Below are positions 38,944 to 48,316 of a stretch of 64,000 nt of DNA, piece after piece. Numbering within the stretch: position 1 is the stretch's first letter; every line of letters begins with the position of its first letter. The stretch is from a virus. The stretch spans positions 1-64,000 of the IMG/VR virus record IMGVR_UViG_3300037586_005524; one strand, written 5' to 3'. A model generated the notes under the pieces. It saw nothing but the letters and a program-made list of their open reading frames with translations. It searched no databases and had not been told where the DNA came from. Made by a program: the position numbers and the translations under genes.

Positions 38944-39599
38944 TCTTTTTTAAACCCCCGATATCTTACTCTCAATTTATTAAGATTGTTGACTACTTGT
39001 TTTGTATTTAATCCTGTAATTTCCCTTAGATATAAGTAAATAGCTTTTTTGTTGAAAATTTCAATATCTTCTGAGCTTTCGAATAAAATTTTTACTGCTT
39101 CTAAAACTTTTCTCTCGTTGGCTTTAAGATTTTCACCGCCCCAAGATTCAATGCGCAAATACAATGATTTCCAAAATTCTTTTTCATTTCGAGTTTCATA
39201 ATAATTATTATAAGAAACTAAATGCTCTTGTTCTAGGCTTTGTTTTACATCATCTAGTTGCACTTCTCTTTTTGTTTGTTTTGAATTTTTCTTAACTTTA
39301 TGAATAAACCAATTTTTTGTAATTACACTAAAATAAGAAAAAGCTTTTGAGCCTTTTTCTGGATCAAATTTATCTAATATAGTTGTAAGCCAAATCTTAC
39401 ATTCTTCTTTTAAATTATCGATATTGGGTAAGTTTGTAAATTTATAAGTGTAAACTATCTTGTCTACCATTTCATCGAAAACGGGGCCTATATATTCAAT
39501 ATATAATTTTGTTCTAATTTTTATGTCATCTGTTTTTGCGTATTCTACAATAGCGTCTTGATGATCCTTGGTAAAATAATGATTTTTACGTTTCGCCAT
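38928..39599 (-). CDS. gp55: RNA polymerase sigma factor, T4 gp55-like (late transcription)
   Basis: MAKRKNHYF start and KFDPEKGSKAFSYFSVITKNWF match gp55/sigma region 2; start at ATG 39599 preferred because of the RBS. Confidence 0.7.
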   Translation of the reverse strand: MAKRKNHYFTKDHQDAIVEYAKTDDIKIRTKLYIEYIGPVFDEMVDKIVYTYKFTNLPNIDNLKEECKIWLTTILDKFDPEKGSKAFSYFSVITKNWFIHKVKKNSKQTKREVQLDDVKQSLEQEHLVSYNNYYETRNEKEFWKSLYLRIESWGGENLKANERKVLEAVKILFESSEDIEIFNKKAIYLYLREITGLNTKQVVNNLNKLRVRYRGFKKEWNRD

Positions 39600-39885
39600 C
39601 TTCACCTTCCTCTTCTTCATCATATACTAATGTATAAATCTCTTCATAAGCTTTTATCTCTTGTACTATTTCTTTTGAATACTCTAAGAGGCGTTCAATT
39701 GTTTCGTCTCCATAATATGTTTCCATATTATATATTGTTTCTATATATTCAGAATAGTCACTTAAAGTTTCTAAAAAGTCCGCTACGTTATCGGAAACAA
39801 ATAGTAATTTTTTCAATAAGGTATATACATACCAAATAAAAAATAAATTAACTACTGCGGACACTATTAATAAAGTTAAAATCAT
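39586..39885 (-). CDS. small membrane-anchored protein with acidic coiled-coil
   Basis: N-terminal hydrophobic helix MILTLLIVSAVVNLFFIWYVY followed by an acidic helical tail. Confidence 0.65.
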   Translation of the reverse strand: MILTLLIVSAVVNLFFIWYVYTLLKKLLFVSDNVADFLETLSDYSEYIETIYNMETYYGDETIERLLEYSKEIVQEIKAYEEIYTLVYDEEEEGEDGET

Positions 39886-40151
39886 TCCTTATACTCCTGA
39901 TTGCGCAAAATTTCTTTCTCTTTTTTAAGATCTTCTTTGTTGCTTTCAATAAAATCTTTTACTAGGCTCCCAACTTTGTGTGCTTGTTCTTGTTTTTTAT
40001 GTTGTGCAGAAAAATTGCTTGGAATACGCTTTAAACTCCCGGATTCATTGCATTTTTTTACTTCATGGCAAGATGTATATTTTTCTTTAATTGAATGAAA
40101 AGCTTTAAATTCTTTTTCGCACTTTTCACAAAAATATATGTAAATTGGCAT
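39882..40151 (-). CDS. FmdB-family zinc ribbon protein
   Basis: MPIYIYFCEKCEKEF...CHEVKKC...LKRIPS. Confidence 0.8.
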   Translation of the reverse strand: MPIYIYFCEKCEKEFKAFHSIKEKYTSCHEVKKCNESGSLKRIPSNFSAQHKKQEQAHKVGSLVKDFIESNKEDLKKEKEILRNQEYKE

Positions 40152-40153
40152 TT

Positions 40154-40399
40154 TTATTTTTGTGCTGGCTGATCAGCAACTGCATCAATATCTTTTAAAT
40201 CTTGAAATTGTTCTTCAGCTTCATCATCAAATTTAACCAAAGGCGGATTCATCACCATCAAACCATCCTCTGATAATCGAAATTTAAATTCTTTTAGCAC
40301 CGGTACAATATCGCTTTGTTCCAGCAAAGATCTCTGTAGTGCCATCATAACTGCGCCAACTGCTTGATCTGTCATCGCCATGTTTTTATCTTCTGTCAT
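40154..40399 (-). CDS. hypothetical protein
   Basis: Start MTEDK after a GGAGG RBS; operonic spacing. Confidence 0.65.
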   Translation of the reverse strand: MTEDKNMAMTDQAVGAVMMALQRSLLEQSDIVPVLKEFKFRLSEDGLMVMNPPLVKFDDEAEEQFQDLKDIDAVADQPAQK

Positions 40400-40400
40400 T

Positions 40401-41291
40401 TTATTTTTCCTCCAATTCGTTTTTAAGTGATTTATAACATCGATGTATACCATTTTGGATATCCATCTCTGCCTTCCATCCTAATTCTTTAAGGGGCAAT
40501 ACGTTGCCTTGTGTATACAATACATCGCCTTTTCTTTCTTCTATATAATCAAATGTTACATCTGGAAAATATTTTAGAACAATCTCTTTGATCTCGTTTA
40601 AAGAAATGTTACTGCCTGTCCCAATGTCAAAATGCCGTCCATTGAAATTTTCTTTGTGCTCCATTGCAAAAAGATTAGCCGATACAACATCGCCTAAATA
40701 TGCCATATCTCTTCTTTGTTCACCATTCCCTGTGATAAAAGGATTTTTACCTTTTCTTATATGTTCCATCCAATTAGCAATTGCCGTGGCATATGGCCCT
40801 TGAGCTTCTTGGTCTTCTGAATAAACATTAAAATATCGTAAACTAACTGTGTCTAAACCATATAAATCAGAATATAGTTTGCATTCCATTTCGGAAATTA
40901 ATTTTTGTAGCCCATATGGATTTGTGGGGCCGGATCCATTTCCATTTACAGATGAGGATCCGGAATAGATGACTCGTTTGACGCCAGCTTTTCTAGCAAA
41001 ATTAAGAATATAGGTTGTTGCTAATACATTATTTTCCATTGTCTCTACTGGCTTTTCTACACTGTATGCAACTCTTGGAATACAAGCTAGGTGAAAAATA
41101 TATTCTGGTTTGAAATCAAAATAATGTGGGTGGAATCTTTGGCTGCCGTCTGAATATTCTTTAAGATCTTTTACAATATTGCATCCTTCAAAAAGATCGA
41201 TTCCTTGTACTTCGTGTCCTAATTCTTGTAATTTTTTATATACGCGAGAGCCAATATATCCTCTATGCCCCGTCACCAAACATCTAGCCAT
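40401..41291 (-). CDS. NAD-dependent NDP-sugar epimerase/dehydratase
   Basis: VTGHRGYIG, FHLA, YGLQK (YxxxK), LRYFNVY. Confidence 0.92.
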   Translation of the reverse strand: MARCLVTGHRGYIGSRVYKKLQELGHEVQGIDLFEGCNIVKDLKEYSDGSQRFHPHYFDFKPEYIFHLACIPRVAYSVEKPVETMENNVLATTYILNFARKAGVKRVIYSGSSSVNGNGSGPTNPYGLQKLISEMECKLYSDLYGLDTVSLRYFNVYSEDQEAQGPYATAIANWMEHIRKGKNPFITGNGEQRRDMAYLGDVVSANLFAMEHKENFNGRHFDIGTGSNISLNEIKEIVLKYFPDVTFDYIEERKGDVLYTQGNVLPLKELGWKAEMDIQNGIHRCYKSLKNELEEK

Positions 41292-42138
41292 TATTTTTTT
41301 CCTTTGTTACTGCACCTTCGATATCTTTCCAATCATGCTCTTCTCTTACTTCAAGATTTTTTTGCCAAACGGACTTCATAACCTTTGGGTCAATGCCAAT
41401 TTCTTCAAATAATCCAATAAATGCATTTAAGTCTTTTGGAAAACATTTTCCTCCAAAACCAAGGGAGTCATCATGGCCAGGAACATCTAAATGAGAATTT
41501 CCAATTCTTCCATCAGAAACAAATCCATGCATTGTGTCCTCCCAGCTTACATTAAGTTCATCTGCTGCTTGCTTCATTTCATTCATAAAAGAAACTTTAG
41601 TAGCAAAAAAACAATTTGCCATATATTTTATAAACTGCGCAGTTGTTACATCTGTTTTAATAATTTTAATATACGGAAATCTACTCTTTATAAGCTTTTC
41701 TGCCTCATCAAGCAAATCTGGGCGGCCACCTAATATAATTCGAGAGGCATTAATAAAATCTAGCCGCGCGCTGCGCTCAGTTAAAAATTCTGGACTGTGT
41801 ATAATATTAAGATTAGGATATTTAAAAATCAAATCTTCCATGATGCCTGGTACAACGGTTGATTTAACTATAAAAATATTATCAGTTCTTTCATTTATTT
41901 CAGATATTTGATTGAAAGCAGAATACATAATATTTGTATCAATTTTTCCACCTAAAGCATCTTTCATCGGAGTTGGAACAGAAACAAAAATGAATTTTGA
42001 AGAGTTTATAACCTCACTCATTGAGTGTGTAGACTTCTCTGGATTTATATCATATATTTTAATATTTGCATGGAGAGAAAACCCATGTGCGATAGCAGAT
42101 CCTACAAAACCATTCCCTATTATTCCTATATTGTACAT
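41284..42138 (-). CDS. UDP-glucose/GDP-mannose 6-dehydrogenase family (short form)
   Basis: IIGNGFVG, VPTP, KSTVVPG, SPEFLTE, KYMAN, GFGGKCFPKD. Confidence 0.9.
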   Translation of the reverse strand: MYNIGIIGNGFVGSAIAHGFSLHANIKIYDINPEKSTHSMSEVINSSKFIFVSVPTPMKDALGGKIDTNIMYSAFNQISEINERTDNIFIVKSTVVPGIMEDLIFKYPNLNIIHSPEFLTERSARLDFINASRIILGGRPDLLDEAEKLIKSRFPYIKIIKTDVTTAQFIKYMANCFFATKVSFMNEMKQAADELNVSWEDTMHGFVSDGRIGNSHLDVPGHDDSLGFGGKCFPKDLNAFIGLFEEIGIDPKVMKSVWQKNLEVREEHDWKDIEGAVTKEKNNG

Positions 42139-42181
42139 TTATTCCTCGAAAACACTTACGCAGTTATTATTTTAGCACACT

Positions 42182-42913
42182 TTAGTTTATATGTTTAATA
42201 ATAAATTTCTCAAATAATTTAACTGATTGATTTAAATTTAAGCTTTCAGTGTCAATAATTAAATCTGGGTCAATTGGCTCATCAAATGAATCAGAAATTC
42301 CAGTAAAATTGTATACTTTACTTGGGTCTCCATCTGGAAGAAGGGCTCGCCTGTATAGGCCTTTGGTGTCTCTTCTTTTTAACTCTTCTAAGCTACACTT
42401 AACATAAACCAATTTTGATTTTGGAATTACTTTTCTAACATGCTGTCTTGTGGAATTATAAGGATTAATTGCAGACATAACGCAAACAACGTTATTTCGG
42501 CCTAACACCTTCCCCACAAACGATAGCCTTTTTATATTTGTTTCGCGATCTTTTTTAGAAAATCCTAAATCTTTACAAAGGTTGTTTCTGTATTCGTCGC
42601 CGTCGATGATCTCTATTTTAATGCCACGTTTTCTTATTTTTTTTTCAATAGATCTAGCTAGTGTTGTTTTGCCGGCGCCGCTCATACCTGTCATCTGAAT
42701 ATACAATCCTTTTGTTTTGCCCCACTTTACTTTATTCCAGACATGTTCGTGGGTCATAAATAAAACCAACATTAAAGCGTGATATATAATTGCAACAAAC
42801 CCGGTTTCTTTTAAAGAACCCGTAATAATATAAGCTACTAATGAAAGCACCAAAAAACCTAGAAGTTTCCAACTAAGTGCTTTGCTGAAACTTCTTCTTG
42901 TAGAATCAATCAA
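42182..42913 (-). CDS. cysC: adenylyl-sulfate (APS) kinase fused to an N-terminal DUF2061-like membrane domain
   Basis: TGMSGAGKTT, DGDEYR, LGFSKKDRETNIKR, RDTKGLY, FTGISDSFDEP; N-terminal RSFSKALSWK...HEHVWNKVKWG; TTG 42913 follows GGAGG. Confidence 0.92.
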   Translation of the reverse strand: MIDSTRRSFSKALSWKLLGFLVLSLVAYIITGSLKETGFVAIIYHALMLVLFMTHEHVWNKVKWGKTKGLYIQMTGMSGAGKTTLARSIEKKIRKRGIKIEIIDGDEYRNNLCKDLGFSKKDRETNIKRLSFVGKVLGRNNVVCVMSAINPYNSTRQHVRKVIPKSKLVYVKCSLEELKRRDTKGLYRRALLPDGDPSKVYNFTGISDSFDEPIDPDLIIDTESLNLNQSVKLFEKFIIKHIN

Positions 42914-43251
42914 AATAGATCCTCCATTGTTTTTTCCCAACTCGTAAAGTGATACGCGCGGTCATCGATATATATCCTAGCTGGCACTTTTGTGTTTGTC
43001 ACCTCGTCGAAGCAATCTTCTAGATCATATTTTTTAAGCCATTCATGAATAGGCTCTACAGGACGACTTGAAAATATAACCAATCTAAACCCTCTTTTTT
43101 TAAGTTCTCTTATGGACTCGGCCGCACCGTCGTGTGGCGGATCGTATGTATTATATAAACCCTGCCAGCCTTTAGAATATTTATGGATAACTCCATCAAA
43201 ATCTATAGCAATTGTATTGTTTTTTATCTTGTACGATATCTCTTTTGGCAT
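42910..43251 (-). CDS. small HAD-superfamily phosphatase-like protein
   Basis: IAIDFDGVIH, FSSR, K..YIDDRA. Confidence 0.75.
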   Translation of the reverse strand: MPKEISYKIKNNTIAIDFDGVIHKYSKGWQGLYNTYDPPHDGAAESIRELKKRGFRLVIFSSRPVEPIHEWLKKYDLEDCFDEVTNTKVPARIYIDDRAYHFTSWEKTMEDLF

Positions 43252-43257
43252 TATTCT

Positions 43258-44073
43258 TTATTCTCCTAATATTTCTTTCTCAACGAATGATTTCCAATCA
43301 CTATAAGTTGTCTTCTTACGTTTGAAATATCTATTATCTTTTTTTAGTGTGCCGCGGCCGAGATGCATAAAAATAATATTCCCTGAGTCGTCGACTGCGC
43401 GGTCTGTCGTAAGAAAAGTAAAAGAATTTGGTAATTCAAAATCAACATTATTATTAAAAGTGTTTTTACTACAAAAATACTTTAAGTTAAATTTATTACA
43501 ATATGCAGTATATGCATCACAAACGTCTATCTCGTCTTTAACATCTAAAGTTTTTCTTGTAGATTTTATTTCTTCTATTTTTTCTTTAGTTAATCCTTCT
43601 AACCTTGGATGGCCTTCTCTCAAGATTGGGAAACATGAAACTTTTTTAGCCAATTCTGTTGTCAACAACATACCTGATGAATGGACTGCATTTATTCTCG
43701 TATTATCTAAAAGCGTGCCCGCGATTGAATAGCCTTTTTGTATTTTCTCGTATAAATAATTCATCCAATTTTCATGACAAGCCGCAACGTCATTATGGCA
43801 CATAAAAACTAAATCCGACTGTACATGTTCCAAACCAACTTCAATCGCCTCTGCGTGTGCTGCAGCCGCAAGATAACAACATTTTTGTTGATTTGAAACC
43901 CAAACAACATTTTCCGATAAAGATAAAATTTCGTCTTTATAAGATTCATCCGAAGCATTTTCTACTACAATATATCTAAATTCAAAATTGTTTTTATATT
44001 TTTCAAAAGAACGTATACATAGAGATGTCAAGCCCTTAGAATGATAAGATGGTATAATAAAATCAATATTCAT
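43258..44073 (-). CDS. glycosyltransferase family 2-like
   Basis: FIIPSY, IVVENASD, FMCHND (DxD-like). Confidence 0.75.
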   Translation of the reverse strand: MNIDFIIPSYHSKGLTSLCIRSFEKYKNNFEFRYIVVENASDESYKDEILSLSENVVWVSNQQKCCYLAAAAHAEAIEVGLEHVQSDLVFMCHNDVAACHENWMNYLYEKIQKGYSIAGTLLDNTRINAVHSSGMLLTTELAKKVSCFPILREGHPRLEGLTKEKIEEIKSTRKTLDVKDEIDVCDAYTAYCNKFNLKYFCSKNTFNNNVDFELPNSFTFLTTDRAVDDSGNIIFMHLGRGTLKKDNRYFKRKKTTYSDWKSFVEKEILGE

Positions 44074-44083
44074 TTTTTACTCC

Positions 44084-45178
44084 CTACAAAAAGTTGATAT
44101 CTTTAGTTTCTTTTGGATGTGTTAAAAAGTCTATCAGTTTATTTGGTTCCGCCAGTTTACAGCACATTTGGCATTTTGTTTTATAATCCATGCTTCTAAC
44201 ATATTTAATTGCTTCTTTTCTTTGGTCTGATCCCCATATTTCTTTAAAAGAAGATTGATATATGTTTCCAAAAGATAATTTTTTATTCATGGGATGGTAG
44301 GTGCATACCTTAACTTCCCCAGTTGCATCTAAAATAGGTTCAAAAAAGTGCCCCTCACAGCTTCTAAAATTATATGCGGTGCCATTTTTAAGATCATGTC
44401 TTTTGTCGTCGCTTAAATTAATTTTAACATTTTTAGCGTTATTATCTAAATAATTCCACACATCTACATTAATCTCGGCTGTACCAGTTTTTTTATACGC
44501 TGTTTCGGCTTCTTTATAATATCGTGGAAGAATTGGCCTAAACTGTAAATAAGCAATATCATCTGTTTCGCCTACCCAATCTATCAATTGTTTTGCATGC
44601 TCAATCGTTATATTGGGACCTACGTTACAATTGATTCCAATTTTAGCTGGGTATTGTGCTAACTCTTCTACATTTCTTTTGATTACTTTTACACCATCAA
44701 CCTCTTTCCATTCTTTATATTTTTCAGCATCAAGAGTGTCTAAAGAAATGCGCATCCATTCAAAATTTTCGCCTATTAATTTATTATACTTTTTCTTATA
44801 AACGGCATTTGTCATTAAACCAAGTTGCAAACCCATTTCTTTAGCATACAATACAGCTTCTTCGAAGTGTGGGTAAAAAGTTGGCTCACCTTGCCCAGCA
44901 TATGTAATCGCTTTGCCGCCCATTTCAGCAAAATCCTTAAGATATCTTTTAAGAGCCTCTATTTCCAAGTGGGCACCAAATTTATTATCTCTTCCATTTT
45001 CCGTAATGCACCAGTAACAAGCCATATTACACTTGTTTGTTAAGCCAACTTCCATAAAAATGGGACAATCTGTGTCTCCAGTGGAAAGATACTGGTGTAA
45101 CTTATCAAAATGTAAAATTAATTTTGCTTGTGTGCCAAATGGGTTTGCGCCTGAAAATCTTACGTATTCATTACTCAT
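44084..45178 (-). CDS. radical SAM protein with SPASM/twitch domain
   Basis: CNMACYWC, GEPT, MTNA, RISLD, C...GEVKVC...FGNIYQSSFKEIW...CQMC. Confidence 0.92.
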   Translation of the reverse strand: MSNEYVRFSGANPFGTQAKLILHFDKLHQYLSTGDTDCPIFMEVGLTNKCNMACYWCITENGRDNKFGAHLEIEALKRYLKDFAEMGGKAITYAGQGEPTFYPHFEEAVLYAKEMGLQLGLMTNAVYKKKYNKLIGENFEWMRISLDTLDAEKYKEWKEVDGVKVIKRNVEELAQYPAKIGINCNVGPNITIEHAKQLIDWVGETDDIAYLQFRPILPRYYKEAETAYKKTGTAEINVDVWNYLDNNAKNVKINLSDDKRHDLKNGTAYNFRSCEGHFFEPILDATGEVKVCTYHPMNKKLSFGNIYQSSFKEIWGSDQRKEAIKYVRSMDYKTKCQMCCKLAEPNKLIDFLTHPKETKDINFL

Positions 45179-45180
45179 CT

Positions 45181-46020
45181 TTAATATTCCTTTTGATTTT
45201 TAATTAACATTTCTATTCCATCCCATATGCTATATTTTGGCTTAAACCCCAAATTATTTAATTTTGCAACGTCCAAATACATATCTTTAACTTGTACTGT
45301 TTTATGAAAATGTGGTGGTTCTACAGAAATAAAATTACTCTTTGAGTTTGTTCGTTGTTTAACATAATTCATCATATCTATAAACCTATGTGGTGTCCCG
45401 CTTCCAATATTAATAATTTCATTTAAAGGAGCTTCTTTCACAACAAGATTTATCGCACGACATACATCTTCTACATGCATAAAATCTCTTATATCTTCAC
45501 CAGAATTATATAAATTAATGTCTTTACTATTAACAACCTCTCCTATTAAATATTGTAATGCGTTTCTTTTTTTAGAAACTTTTTTATCTTCTATTCCATA
45601 TATATTACAAAGTCTTAAAATTCTATAATTAATATCAAATGTTTCGCAGTAAGATATTAATAATTGTTCAGCCGTCCTTTTAGTAATAGAGTAAAATCCT
45701 TTAGGGTTACAACAAGATTCTTCTTTAGCAGGAAGATCATCGGTCTTGCCATACACAAACCATGAACTAATAAAATTAAAGACTATATTTTCTTTATCTC
45801 TACATTTTTCCAGCACGCTAACTAATAAATTTAAATTCGTATTAATATCCAAGTGTGGGTTCTCAAATACATTATAATTATTATTAGTACTTATAAAATA
45901 TATAATATCCTTTGTTTCTGAAGAGAGTTGAAAACGTGGGACAGTCAAAGACTCAGTAGCATATATATTAGAGTACACGCTGCCTATAAATCCTGTGGCG
46001 CCAAAAATTGCTATCTTCAT
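45181..46020 (-). CDS. NAD-dependent epimerase/dehydratase
   Basis: GATGFIG, ISSWFVYG, YSITK, RLCNIYG, RDFMHVED. Confidence 0.9.
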   Translation of the reverse strand: MKIAIFGATGFIGSVYSNIYATESLTVPRFQLSSETKDIIYFISTNNNYNVFENPHLDINTNLNLLVSVLEKCRDKENIVFNFISSWFVYGKTDDLPAKEESCCNPKGFYSITKRTAEQLLISYCETFDINYRILRLCNIYGIEDKKVSKKRNALQYLIGEVVNSKDINLYNSGEDIRDFMHVEDVCRAINLVVKEAPLNEIINIGSGTPHRFIDMMNYVKQRTNSKSNFISVEPPHFHKTVQVKDMYLDVAKLNNLGFKPKYSIWDGIEMLIKNQKEY

Positions 46021-46676
46021 GTTTCTTTCCTTTTATTACAAGACAATAAAATATATAATTGTGGTGGTGCGTTAGCCAATGTACCAGCTTTGATGTGGAC
46101 AATCTCATCACTGGTACCGCCCCATAATGCCTTCATATTATATGATAAATCAAAATATTTTTTAATATATTTAATTGGCAAAATTTCTGGTATTTCTTCG
46201 TAAGCGGCTTTTTTAACGTCAAAATATTCATATTGTCTTACCCTTGATTCGAATAAGCTATATTCTTCATCTTTTAAAAAGGAGTCATCCCAAACACCAG
46301 ACCAAAGATAATTATCATCTTCGTAGGCATATTCATGTTCTCCATCTTTAACCCATCCTATTTTATAATTTTCAAACCTCCAATGATCGCCTAAACCCCA
46401 ATCAACATATAATTTTCCTCCATCATTAAGACTATTATAACAACGCTTTATAAAATCTTTTGGGTTTTTTGCAAAATAAGCAGTACGAGTACAGATAATA
46501 GTATCGTATTTCTTTTTTAGCTCCCAACTATCATTTATATTCCAGTTATTTAACTGTAGGTCATATAAATCCCCATCAAACCAATTATTATCAACAAAGC
46601 CCAATAAAGCAGCTTCTCCTTGTGGCTTAATATGCTCTTTATAAAAGTCATATATATATGGATCACTTCTTCCCAT
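46017..46676 (-). CDS. divergent class I SAM methyltransferase-like protein
   Basis: YDTIIC...PKDFIKRCYNSLNDGGKLYVD; weak motif I; paralog of 52912..53529. Confidence 0.5.
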   Translation of the reverse strand: MGRSDPYIYDFYKEHIKPQGEAALLGFVDNNWFDGDLYDLQLNNWNINDSWELKKKYDTIICTRTAYFAKNPKDFIKRCYNSLNDGGKLYVDWGLGDHWRFENYKIGWVKDGEHEYAYEDDNYLWSGVWDDSFLKDEEYSLFESRVRQYEYFDVKKAAYEEIPEILPIKYIKKYFDLSYNMKALWGGTSDEIVHIKAGTLANAPPQLYILLSCNKRKET

Positions 46677-46685
46677 GATAACCTC

Positions 46686-47348
46686 TCAAAATTCGTAATT
46701 AAACAAGTTTAAATCTTTTTCGTATAACTCTTCAATGATCTTTCTTGTATCGTCAGTGTAATATTTTTTATATTTATCCCTTTTCGGAGTTATATTAGTT
46801 TTATTTATAGACCTGGGAAGGGGCAAATTTAGCTGCTCAAATATATTTTGTAAATCAATGTCAAAATTTTGTAGTTTGCCAACATAATCAGGAATAAGTT
46901 TATTATTTTTATTATATGCATAAAGATATTGAGGACATATATGATTTGGTTGTGTTCGACCCAGCCATTTATAATATTCTTTTGTATTAACAGCTTTTTT
47001 AACTTTTTGTACAAAATCGTCAAACGCTATATTAGACTCAATACCATATGTGTCTTGTGAATAGTGATAAACAGAAACAAGCCTATCAAATGGATTTCTA
47101 ACAAATGTAAACTTCCAGGCATTTGAAAAATCTTTTTCATTAAAAGTTTTCATGTTATAGTGCTGCTCTAATGTATAATGATGTGGCTTACAATGATATC
47201 CATATTTTTGGGCTCGCTCTCTTTGGTCGATATCATAGTCCCTACTTGACATAACTGCATCTAAATTATGCCAATCTTCATTTGGCAAATAACTATGAAC
47301 TGTCGATCCTGCACATTTAGGGTTATGTAAAAAAATATATTTTCTCAT
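46686..47348 (-). CDS. sulfotransferase (Sulfotransfer_2 family)
   Basis: FLHNPKCAGST (5'-PSB), FVRNPFDRLVSVY (3'-PB), LYEKDLNLFNY. Confidence 0.9.
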   Translation of the reverse strand: MRKYIFLHNPKCAGSTVHSYLPNEDWHNLDAVMSSRDYDIDQRERAQKYGYHCKPHHYTLEQHYNMKTFNEKDFSNAWKFTFVRNPFDRLVSVYHYSQDTYGIESNIAFDDFVQKVKKAVNTKEYYKWLGRTQPNHICPQYLYAYNKNNKLIPDYVGKLQNFDIDLQNIFEQLNLPLPRSINKTNITPKRDKYKKYYTDDTRKIIEELYEKDLNLFNYEF

Positions 47349-48316
47349 GGGTTTACACAATTTTGTATTTTTGATTTTTCAAAAAAATCTTTAATTGTTC
47401 TCCATCCTTTAACTTTTAGTTCTCTAAACGACTCATCTGTAAAAAAGGCCGCATGTGGTGTTATACAAAACCTGCTTTTAATCCAAGGCTCCTTTTTTCT
47501 CCAAGCGCTAATAAGAGGATGTTCTTCGGGAGGAGGTTCTATTTCTAAAACATCCATACCAGCAGCTTTAATTTTATTGTTTTTCAAAGCCCAATAAAGA
47601 TCGTCTAAGCTTATTATCTCACCTCTTGCTGTATTAATTAAGATACAATTTTCTTTCATTTGAGAAAATTGATCTTTGCCTATTAGTTCTTTTGTTTCTT
47701 CTGTTAAAGGAGTATGTATGGAAATGATATCATTATTTGAAAGAAGCTCATCAAAATCTACTTTTTCTACCCCCAATGATTTATCTATTCCAGCAGCAAC
47801 ATAAGGATCATAATATTGTATATTTAAACCAAAAGCTTTTGCTCTTAAAGCAACTGCAATGCCAATGCGCCCTAAGCCAATTAAGCCAATATTTTTGCCA
47901 CGCAACCTAAAAAGACTTTTTGGCAAAAATGGATCCCAAATATCGCTTTCATTATAAGAATTAATATTCCTCACAAGATTCAATAATAAGGCCATCGTAT
48001 GATCTGCAACGACATCCGTGCCATAATCTGGTATATTAGAAACTACAATATTTTCTTTTTTCGCCCGCAATAAATCAATATTGTCATATCCAACGCCCAT
48101 ACGAACTATTATAGAACATTTTTCCATAGTGTCAAAAGATATGTTGCTTATAGGAATTTCATGCCACACAACAAGTGCGTCTGCATCTTTTATATAGGGC
48201 TGGATATCTTCTTCTGTTTCTGCATTTAAAAATATAACAGTATAAGGATCATCAAGTACTGCTATCTCCTCTTTTGTCCTTTCTGTAATAAAATCAGTAA
48301 CTACGATTTTTTTCAT
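47345..48316 (-). CDS. D-isomer-specific 2-hydroxyacid dehydrogenase (SerA/CtBP-like)
   Basis: RMGVGYDNID, GLGRIG, HTPLTEET, INTARG, DVLEIEP, TPHAAF. Confidence 0.92.
   Translation of the reverse strand: MKKIVVTDFITERTKEEIAVLDDPYTVIFLNAETEEDIQPYIKDADALVVWHEIPISNISFDTMEKCSIIVRMGVGYDNIDLLRAKKENIVVSNIPDYGTDVVADHTMALLLNLVRNINSYNESDIWDPFLPKSLFRLRGKNIGLIGLGRIGIAVALRAKAFGLNIQYYDPYVAAGIDKSLGVEKVDFDELLSNNDIISIHTPLTEETKELIGKDQFSQMKENCILINTARGEIISLDDLYWALKNNKIKAAGMDVLEIEPPPEEHPLISAWRKKEPWIKSRFCITPHAAFFTDESFRELKVKGWRTIKDFFEKSKIQNCVNP

Noticed and set aside
42140-42200. Possible extended -10 promoter (TGcTAAAAT) upstream of the dehydrogenase at 42138
   Set aside because: No convincing -35 element, and the AT-rich context makes chance matches likely.
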